From Podarcis erhardii (taxonomy: Eukaryota): DNA of 64,000 bases. The stretch lies in the NCBI GenBank assembly GCA_964252035.1, contig OZ176209.1; one strand, 5' to 3'. Position 1 is the first letter of the stretch, and every line of letters starts with the position of its first letter. A program made the translations under genes and the position numbers. Positions 23,471 to 31,834 of this stretch are shown here, piece by piece. The notes under the pieces were generated by a model. The model searched no databases and was not told where the DNA came from. It was given only the letters and a program-made list of their open reading frames with translations.

Positions 23471-24303
23471 TAACCACCTTCCTTGACCATGATTTGTCTG
23501 GCCTCTCCACCCCAGAAGCTCACCAAGCTAGAAAGGTATGAGAGCAGCTGGAAGGAGGTGAACTTGGGGAAAACAAGCAACAGTCTGATTGTCTATGTGA
23601 CAGCTCATAGTTTGTTAAATGAACCATGGCTTAGCGCTGTGTGAATAAAGCCATTCTCTTCCCCCCCTGTCCCCCTGTCCCCCCTCACACACATACATAC
23701 ACCATCTTAAAATATGGTGGAAGCTTGATGGGGACACAATAGTTGCACAACTCAATATATGCCATCTTAAGCAAAACAAACAAACACAGAGAAACACAAT
23801 AGTATAACCCAATGTAAGAATTTAGGACAGAAAAAGCAGCACAGGAGAACAATTTGTCAAGAGGTTAGAACAGTGACTGAATTCAGATATAATGAGAAAC
23901 CTTGGTTTGTTGTTATGAAGAGGGGCAGAGACAAGCCCTTGGCTCACACACTCCCTCCTCCCCTTCCTCTGCATGCAAAGTGAGATATGAAGCTTTAGAT
24001 TCTACTCAATAGCAAACCAAAGCTTACCTACAAACCTGGATCAAACTATACTTTATAATGCTGGTTTGAGCAAATCATAGTTTGCTGTTAACTAATAAGC
24101 AACATTTCTAATCTCCTCCCCTTGCATGCAGGACAATGGGAGGGGAGAGCACTTAAGGCCAAGATTTTTGCGTACTCTAATAAACAGAGTTTTAATAAAC
24201 TATGCACTAAAACAGAGGTTTTAAAACACAGTGGACTGATTCAGATGTAACACTAAACCATAATTCAGCACTATACAGTGCAGTATCACCAAAAGAAACT
24301 CAC

Positions 24304-24466
24304 ATTAAGAATTCTCAGTTTGGGACGTGTAGTCTTCTCATGCCGAGAGCGGCTGCGCACTGACTTCCGATAATGCCGTTTCGTAGTCCTCCCTTCATGT
24401 CTACCACTAGATGCTGGAACACTTTCATTGCAGTCACTTAAGCCTGAAGCAACATCTGAATGTGCA
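24304..24466 (-). CDS. WNK1: WNK1 exon 14 (AHSDVASGLSD...RHEKTTRPKLRILN)
   Basis: tgtag|T and AAT|GTGAGT; 163 nt. Confidence 0.97.
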
Positions 24467-24698
24467 CTACAGAAAAACAGACAGGGAAAAAATCAGCCAT
24501 TTTTTACCTGTAATCCCCCCCCCCCCACTTCCTTTCCATGCTGAGTATCACTCTCAGCAAATCAAGGAATGTAAGTAAAATGCTCTTTAGAAAATCCTAC
24601 CACTACATGCTGATAAAGATGATTAAATCTGCACTAGTGAAATGAGGCTCAAATGTGTTTTTTAATTAGTCATTAAATGCCTCTCTTGTATATTTCAT

Positions 24699-25470
24699 CA
24701 GGAGTTTCCAAACTGTGGCTTGTGGACCACTAGTAGTCTGTGGCCTTCATTCAGGTGATCCACAGCATGTTTGTGGATTTGTGGTTGAACGGGGAAACAG
24801 TACTTTTCATTGCCTTAAACATTCATAATGTATTGATTATTACTTGTATGTTCATTGCTTCTTTTATTTCTTATATTATATTTTATATTACAGTTTTAAT
24901 TCCACAGACTTCAAATTGTAATACATGCAACCCCCCCCCCCTTTACACACATTCAATATATGTGCAACTGCGCACATGTGCATTGAGCCAAACCCGCAAG
25001 GGATGTGTGCAGCAACTCAGAACATAACCCTGCAAAAATGGAGGGTTGCCTTACAATAACATACAGTGGGTGCTCGGGTTGCGAACGTGATCTGTGTGGG
25101 AGGCATGTCTGCAACCCACAGCACCGCGTCTGCGCAGGCATGGTTGTGATTTGGAGCTTCTGCGCATGTGCAAAGCACGATTTAGTGCTTCTGCACATGC
25201 ACAAGCGCTGAAACCCGGATGTAGCCCGTTCTAGTACTACCGGGTTTCGACGCGTCCGTAACCCGAAAATGCGCAACCTGAAGCGTCTGTAACCCAAGAT
25301 ATGACTGTACAATATATAAGAAGTACAAGAAGCAATTAAATGCAATTTTAAAAAAACATACAGCATCTACCGCAGCACATTACAATTTCTATAACAAGCA
25401 TAAAAATAATTAAGTAGTTTACCAAGACCCTCACCAATTTTCTGTAGGGGGGAAAGTTTGGGAATCACTA
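24699..25470. mobile_element. Old non-autonomous hAT-like element hosting a nested MITE
   Basis: Ends CAGGAGTTTCCAAACT and AAAGTTTGGGAATCACTA; degenerate 8-bp flanks tatttcat / tgctacat. Confidence 0.5.
25064..25307. mobile_element. Tc1/mariner (Tigger-like) MITE
   Basis: TA TSDs; imperfect TIRs CAGTGGGTGCTCGGGTTGCG / TGTAACCCAAGATATGACTG; internal inverted repeats. Confidence 0.7.
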
Positions 25471-25646
25471 TGCTACATGCTTTAAGAAAGAGTCACCTTT
25501 TGAGTCACTCACAGGAAAGACACAGGCCATTTTTAATAGGGTGCTGCAACGGGTAAGGTATAGTTAAGTTAGGACATTATGAGCCTGGTACAACTAGTGT
25601 CTGAGCAGCCTTGCTGTAATTCAGGAAAGGAGTAATCAGCTACAAT

Positions 25647-25751
25647 TAGAGATGGGTAACCTGTGACCCTCCAGAGGTCTCATCAGCCTCAGCCAGCATG
25701 GCTGATTGTCAGGGATGATGGAACTGGAGTCAAACAAGTTCCATGCCCCAG
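25647..25751. mobile_element. Short palindromic hAT-type MITE relic
   Basis: gggtaacctgtgaccctccaga...cagccagcatggc...gggatgatggaactggagtc; same family. Confidence 0.45.
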
Positions 25752-25880
25752 CTTAGATGTCAAGGGCAGATGTTAAGAGTTCACATGCGAAGAGTCCGCC
25801 CAAATCAGAAACAGATTAACAGAAGCACCATGTCTGTAATGATAACTATCCAAGTTGAAATGCAATAATTTACTATTTAC

Positions 25881-25984
25881 CTATCTATTGAGGAAACCAA
25901 TGGGGTTGATTGCGAAGGCTGCTGCTGCTGCTGCACTTGTGGTTGAGTCTCTGCAGGTGCTGTCTGAGTAACTCCAGAAGTACT
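25881..25984 (-). CDS. WNK1: WNK1 exon 13 (STSGVTQTAPAETQPQVQQQQQPSQSTPLVSSID)
   Basis: ttttgcag|AGT and AG|GTAAAT; 104 nt, phase 0-2. Confidence 0.93.
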
Positions 25985-26454
25985 CTGCAAAAGATAAAGC
26001 ATTCCCTTCATGCATCTTGTTAAAGAGCTCTTTTTCCAGCCCCATCACAGTCCATCCATCTAGGTAACTAGAAGCTGAAAAGCACACTGTTCTCTCTAGA
26101 ACATCTTAAAGCATCTAAACATTTCAAATTTTTAACCCCAATTGAGGTTTTCGTGCAAATTTGAAACAAGTTGCCTGGTGAAAGTCAACCATTTTATTTA
26201 CTACATGATGGTGGCACTACAGCTTGCCATGCAACCAGAAATCTTACTAGCAGAATGTGCAACAGAGAAGCCAATGCAGAGTGCAAAGTCCATTCAAATC
26301 TCCCCCAGCTACAGCAAGGCTGCAGGGAACACGTTTGAGGAGAGATTTTTTTCCAGTGACTGTTGAGTACAGCATGTCTTCAATACAATGATTGGCATTA
26401 CTAGCCAGAAGAGAAGTGCTAGCAAGTGTTTTGCATCTTGGGAGGCCCACTCAC

Positions 26455-26508
26455 TTCCCAACAGCATAGCCAGGGGCAACAAGGTCTCCACATTGGCATC
26501 ACATTCTG
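26455..26508 (-). CDS. Candidate unrecognised cassette exon in intron 12 (54 nt, phase 0-0): QNVMPMWRPCCPWLCCWE
   Basis: Branch GCTAAT at -26, AG-free pyrimidine tract tttctcttacag, donor GAA|GTGAGT; in frame with no stop. Prediction only. Confidence 0.55.
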
Positions 26509-26645
26509 CTGTAAGAGAAATTCATTTTGACGATTAGCATATGATTTTTCAGCTTGCTACCCCAAATGGAAGTGAATTCAAAATTCATGCCCTGAAACTC
26601 AGTTTTTAGAATGCACACACACAGCAACATGCATAGTCCATTTAC

Positions 26646-26921
26646 CTCTAATGCTGTCTGCTGGGAAGCTGAAGATGAGACCTGCTGTGCTAAACAGGAA
26701 GCAGGCTGTGGCACTTGAACCTGTCCGCCTAGACTGCCCAAAGAAACTAAAACATTCTGCTCCACATAAGGCTGTACCATTGCGGCAAGATAGCCTGGCT
26801 GAGCCAGTACATCTGTGGGTAAGGGAGGGGATAGTACTGCAGAAGGGAGGCAAGCAGAGGCCACAGAAGAAGCAATGTTTGAGTCTCCAGTATATTGTGC
26901 TGGTAGCCGAGGTGGGAAGCC
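26646..26921 (-). CDS. WNK1: WNK1 alternative exon 12 (GFPPRLPAQYTGDSN...QQTALE)
   Basis: atcgcag|GGC and GAG|GTAAAT; 276 nt, phase 0-0. Confidence 0.95.
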
Positions 26922-27663
26922 CTGCGATAAATGAGGAAGCCAAGTTATTGTAATTTAGGGTAATTCAGGGGGAAACAGTATGAAACAGATAGGAAGGGGG
27001 GGAAAGCAAGGCAAGCTGCATAGGATTTTTAACTCCCTCCTGCCATGAACTCCTTAGATTTGTTGCACAACTTCCAGGGTAACTTATTTTAAAAAGGAAC
27101 AAAGCCTACTTGCCTTGGGGTCAATGTTAAATCCCAAGCCATCATGCACTCTGGAACAGCAGTGCACCACACAACTAAAGGGACCTTAAAGCAACCTGTG
27201 TACTAAAAAGGTCCTCCCCGTCCTGTTAACTATAAATGCTCCATCAAGTTACCAGGTCTGCAAAGAAGCTGTCAGATGACCAGGCCCCAGTCAAGTCAGA
27301 GCAACAGGGCTCCATCTCTTCTAATGCCTGCTTGCCAGTCTCTTTCCAGAGACAAAAAGAGAGGTTTCACTTGTTATTTATTTTTGTTATGCTGTCTACT
27401 GAAGACAAGTTCAATATGTTTCCCTAAAATTGGAACATTGGAAATTTGTTTGCTTGCCATGTGTATATCATGGTGCTTCCGCATCTTTCACAATTTAAGT
27501 CTTGTTAAGCTTTTTATGCTGTGCTCCAGCTGACAGTCAAAACTGCCTGGCCAGCACTCCAGCAAATTATCACTGCAGCCTGGCAATTTCATAGCTTGAA
27601 TCTATTAACTGAGATGAAACACCTAGATGCTAGATGCCCTCATCACACTCAAGCATAAGGTAG

Positions 27664-27791
27664 TAGTGGAATGGAGAACCTGTAGCTTCCAAATGTTGCT
27701 TGACTGCAACTCCCATCATGCCTCGTTGGCCCTGCTGGCTGGGGCTGATGTAGTCCAACAACTTCAGGAGAGCTACAGGCTCCCCACCCTG
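27664..27791. mobile_element. Short palindromic hAT-type MITE
   Basis: ggagaacctgtagc...gactgcaactcccatc...gtagtccaaca...gctacaggctcccc; inverted arms. Confidence 0.55.
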
Positions 27792-27866
27792 CACTGGTAT
27801 TTGAGTGGGGAAACTGTGGCCCTTCAGTGATCTGACACTCATTTACATGTCAGTCAACATTACTCT

Positions 27867-28012
27867 TCCAGCTCAGTTGGTTAGAGTGTGGTATTGATAA
27901 TACCAAGGTTGCAGGTTCAAGCCCCATATGGGACATCTGCATATTCCTGCATTGCAGGGGGTTGGACTAGGTGAGCCTCAGGGTGCCTTCCAATTCTATA
28001 ATTCTACGATTC
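27867..28012 (+). mobile_element. Squam2-like tRNA SINE with CR1-type tail
   Basis: A box agctcagttggttagag, B box ggttcaagccc, 3' tail ttccaattctataattctacgattc. Confidence 0.8.
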
Positions 28013-28214
28013 ATTCCTCAGTAAAACTACCAATGCGAAAACAAAATACCATTACTAATCAAAGTTGGTTTGAAATCAGGAATTTCCCTTGTATACTGAA
28101 AAACCATTTGGCATCTCCTTCCAAAGACTGCAAGTAACTTTTCAGGACATCTTAGCGGACTCTAAAGCACCAGAGGAGCAGAAGAGAGGGACTCTTTCTT
28201 GACTGCCACAATAC

Positions 28215-28688
28215 CTGGTACACAGCATCTGTAGGTGGAAGTGGTACTTCAGCAGTTTGTCCAAGTGTGGCTGGCAATCCCATGGGCTGAACAGATGGCT
28301 GTAGAAGCTGTGGGAGAACCTGGCCGGACAGCTGCGCCACGGGCTGCAGAAGAGTTGGAAGCTGGCTAGGGACAACAGTTGAACCCACAGGAATAGCAGC
28401 TGCTGCAGCAGATGTGGCCAAAGTGAGCAATGGCTGGCTAACACCAGATGCCATGGAGATGGGTAGAGTTGGGAAACCAGGCTGAGCCACTGACACATGA
28501 GGTGTTGCTATGGGCATCTGAGAAACTGAGAACTGTGGGTGAAGGGGAGTCTGTAAGGGCGGGCCCATGGGGAGAAAATGAGAGCCAATGGACATGACAG
28601 GGGCAACTGAAGGCTGAGGAAGGGAAGGCACTGCCATAGGTAACTGTGTTTCACCTTGGATGATCGGCACTGGCTGGGAAACAGGAAG
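28215..28688 (-). CDS. WNK1: WNK1 alternative exon 11 (LPVSQPVPIIQGE...PTDAVYQ)
   Basis: ccccag|CTT and CAG|GTATTG; 474 nt; ORF 28152..28742. Confidence 0.96.
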
Positions 28689-28950
28689 CTGGGGAGGTAA
28701 AGAAAAAGATAGACCTTTAAGGAGAAAGGTTGCAGGAAGCAAGCTTTTAATTGCATTAGTCCAAGAAAAGGGGAGAAATGTTTACACCACACTTAACAGG
28801 AGCAGGGAAGGAACATATTTGACAGAGTGGCTGGGAGGGTTACTTCCAATTAGCAGTTTTGGGTGGCCTTTTTTGATGCCTATCTTTAACATTTTGGAGA
28901 AATTATCCTTGTTATCAAAGGAGAATTTCAGGATGGAGAAACAAGGTCAA

Positions 28951-29031
28951 GACACCCAGCCAGATGGGTGGGGTAGTAGTAATAATAATAATAATAATAG
29001 GAGTAGTAGTAGTAATATATTATTATTATTA
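28951..29031 (+). repeat. L2/Squam3-type 3' terminus with (AAT/AGT)n microsatellite tail
   Basis: acccagccagatgggtgggg followed by trinucleotide repeats. Confidence 0.55.
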
Positions 29032-29691
29032 TAGCATGGCATCAGTTTATATAGAACACACCTCTAATAACCCCTCATATGGGTGTAGGAGCCTGAGGTC
29101 AGGGGGAATTAAAAGCCACTCGACCAACATATAGAGATACTCTTGTTAGTGCCAAAAAGCAGAGCAAGAAATGCAACAGGAAATTTTTCAGGAAACTTAA
29201 GCAAAATTGCCACAAACATTTAGTATTCTGGGATTCAAAAGTATATACATCTACAGGACCAATCTGGAGTCACCAAAAGGCCTCTAGGGCAAAGAGTGAA
29301 GGAGGGAGATGTGGAGAAAAAAGGAGACTCATCTTGAAGAGCACTCAGTGTTGGGATACTGAGCCACTGCCCTCCTACACTGATTAAAAAACCCCCAAAA
29401 CTATGCACACACACATGCACTCTCAAACAACACACAGGTTTTCTAACTTTTTCAAAATCAGGCATTGCATTTTAGACCATGACAAAAGTTGATGGGTTAA
29501 GTCTTCCCATTTAATACACTGATTTTCCTTATCCTAATACTTTCATTGTACTCCTCCAGACAACACATTTCCAACTAGATATATATATATATATACACCC
29601 TGTTTTGTCACATAAATGAAGGGGGCTTAGCTGCAAACAATTCAGGTAGTCCAGACAGAAGCCTTCCAGGAGCTAGCAAGTTGTAGTTTAC

Positions 29692-29835
29692 CTGTGTCCC
29701 AGCTGCTACCTGAGGCACAGACATTATTTGTGCTTGCTGTGTAACTGGCTGCGATGAAGCAGCTCCACTGGAAACTGAAGGCTGCTGAAGTTGGTATTGC
29801 CCAGTCTGTTGTGAAGAGGCTGAAGGCTGGGTGCT
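29692..29835 (-). CDS. WNK1: WNK1 exon 10 (STQPSASSQQTGQYQL...PQVAAGTQ)
   Basis: ttttcttctatgacag|AGC and CAG|GTAAAC; 144 nt; aligns with human QQTVQY...PQVSAGKQ. Confidence 0.9.
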
Positions 29836-30067
29836 CTGTCATAGAAGAAAAAACAACAGCAGATTATTTACACTGGACAAAAACACCTTTTATCTGGAAA
29901 TATTTTGCAGCAGTTGATCTTGTCTTGGGTATATCTGAATTCCTGCTGTGTATGTGTGTATTCTAATGATAATATTTTGTTTTAAGATGTTCAACAGTAC
30001 TGAAGTAGAGTTAGCACAAACTTCCTGAGAAACAACTGAAAATAAGCACAGCCTACTTAAAGGTCAA

Positions 30068-30422
30068 GGGACGTGGGTGGTGCTGTGGGTTAAACCACAG
30101 AGCCTAGGACTTGCTGATCAGAAGGTCGGCAGTTTGAATCCCTGTGACGGGGTGAGCTCCCGTTGAACGGTCCCTGCTCCTGCCAACCTAGCAGTTTGAA
30201 AGCACATCAAGTGCAAGTAGATAAATAGGTACCGCTCCGGTGGGAAGGTAAACGGCATTTCCGTGCGCTACTCTGGTTCACCAGAAGCGACTTAGTCATG
30301 CTGGCCACATGACCCGGAAGCTGTACGTCAGCTACCTCGGCCAATAAAGCAAGATGAGCACCACAACCCCAGAGTTGGCCACGACTGGACCTAATGGTCA
30401 GGGGTCCCTTTACCTTTACCTT
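30068..30422 (+). mobile_element. Sauria SINE (Squam1/POM type), full length
   Basis: GGGACGTGGGTGG head, conserved core, (ACCTTT)n tail, 12-bp TSD tacttaaaggtc at 30054-30065 and 30423-30434. Confidence 0.93.
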
Positions 30423-30703
30423 TACTTAAAGGTCGGGGGCGGGGAGGTGACACTATACAAGCATGGGCATGGTGGGAAGGGAATCAACAACTGGCACTCA
30501 GACAAAGGTGAAGTTGAGCCTTTCATTGGAACTTGGCTTAAAAAAACAGGAAGCTCAAACCAGAAAACTGTGATTTAAGGCCTTGTGGAAACCCAAACCA
30601 AACATGTCTTATAATCTAAGTTCATAGGGAGATCTTGAAACACCATTTCCCAGTTCAAATAACACAGTAAACAGTGTGTTCTGAAGCCAGACATAGGAAG
30701 AAT

Positions 30704-30708
30704 TAATA

Positions 30709-30797
<89 letters not shown>
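30704..30797. repeat. Compound (GAT)n(AAT)n microsatellite (tail of adjacent L2)
   Basis: Read directly; explains the poly-I/M/L/S ORFs in the track. Confidence 0.95.
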
Positions 30798-30798
<1 letters not shown>

Positions 30799-31010
30799 TA
30801 CCCTGCCCATCTAACTGGCTTGCCCCAGCTCTCTGGACTCTTGGTGGCTTCCAACAGAATATACAGAAACACAATGGAACACCACACAATAAAAGTTTCC
30901 TGATACAGGGCTGCCTTCAGGTGTCTACGGAAGGTCGTATATTTATTTATCCGTTTGATATCTGACGGGAGGAAGTTCCACAGGATGGGTGCCACAAGCA
31001 AGAAGACCTC
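30798..31010 (-). mobile_element. L2 LINE 3' fragment
   Basis: Minus translation VAPILWNFLPSDIK...FRRHLK is typical of the L2 ORF2 C-terminus, followed by an L2-type terminus (cagttagatgggcagggtac) and microsatellite tail. Confidence 0.7.
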
Positions 31011-31524
31011 ACTTCTTGCAGTAAGGGAGCAGCTAGAAGGCCCTCAGAGCTTAGAGGAGATACAGCTCAAGTTCACTGCTTGTTTTTACTCTTTGAAATC
31101 ATAGTTCACTGGAACCAGGAACATTCTATCTATACCTTGCCAAATACTAATACTAGAAAAGTTAGCATGCAGAGCAAAGCTTTTTGAGAAAGGTTACATA
31201 GGAACACCACATGAAATTGTCTCATGCAAGATGAAAGCTAACTGTTAAATGACACTGATTTCTACAGTTAATTATTTTCAACACATTAACAAACTTTCAC
31301 CAAATATTATTTTGGGCACATTTATGGGGAAAACATACAGAATAAATCAAGCTAAGTCAAAGGAATGATAATCACCTATAACTTGTAAGCAGAAAAGTAA
31401 AATTTTAAAAATATAAATCTTAAACAAATTCCACAGCAAATCCTCAAAGGAATCAGAAAAAAATGTACAAAATTCACTTTAGTATATGTTAACTTAACAA
31501 TGACCCACCTTTCCTACCTAGAAA

Positions 31525-31661
31525 CAAGGTAGCTGACTTCTTGTCCTCTAGATGTTGTTGAACTACAACTCCCATCTTCTCTGACCATTGCCTGTATTTG
31601 CTCATGGTGATGGGAGCTGGAGTCCAGCATCAACTGGAGAGCCATAGAGTAGTCCAACCTG
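31525..31661. mobile_element. Short palindromic hAT-type MITE
   Basis: agatgttgttgaactacaactcccatc...gatgggagctggagtccagcatc; inverted arms. Confidence 0.6.
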
Positions 31662-31756
31662 CTACCGAGTCAAACACTGAAAGCACTACAAAAAAATAAC
31701 TGCACTGAATATCCTCAACCTACAAAAATATTTGAAAAACAGTTGCTCATCATTAC

Positions 31757-31834
31757 CTGTTGACTTGGCTGCATTAGCTGGGATGATGTGCCAACTGATG
31801 AAGCATTTGAGGATGGCTGCCCTTTCATCTGCGC
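31757..31834 (-). CDS. WNK1: WNK1 exon 9 (AQMKGQPSSNASSVGTSSQLMQPSQQ)
   Basis: ctttag|GCG and CAG|GTAATG; 78 nt, phase 0-0; resembles human AQGQSQGQPSS. Confidence 0.9.

Noticed and set aside
24028-24084. 57-nt exon-like segment with GTAAGC donor
   Set aside because: Lies within a repeat relic and contains an in-frame TAG; likely chance.
29836-29945. Upstream acceptor resembling the human exon 10 start (cagcaggaattcag)
   Set aside because: The 110-nt extension is out of frame and has stops in both relevant frames.
30575-31001. Poly-I/M/L/S ORFs
   Set aside because: Translations of the (GAT)n(AAT)n microsatellite plus an L2 fragment.
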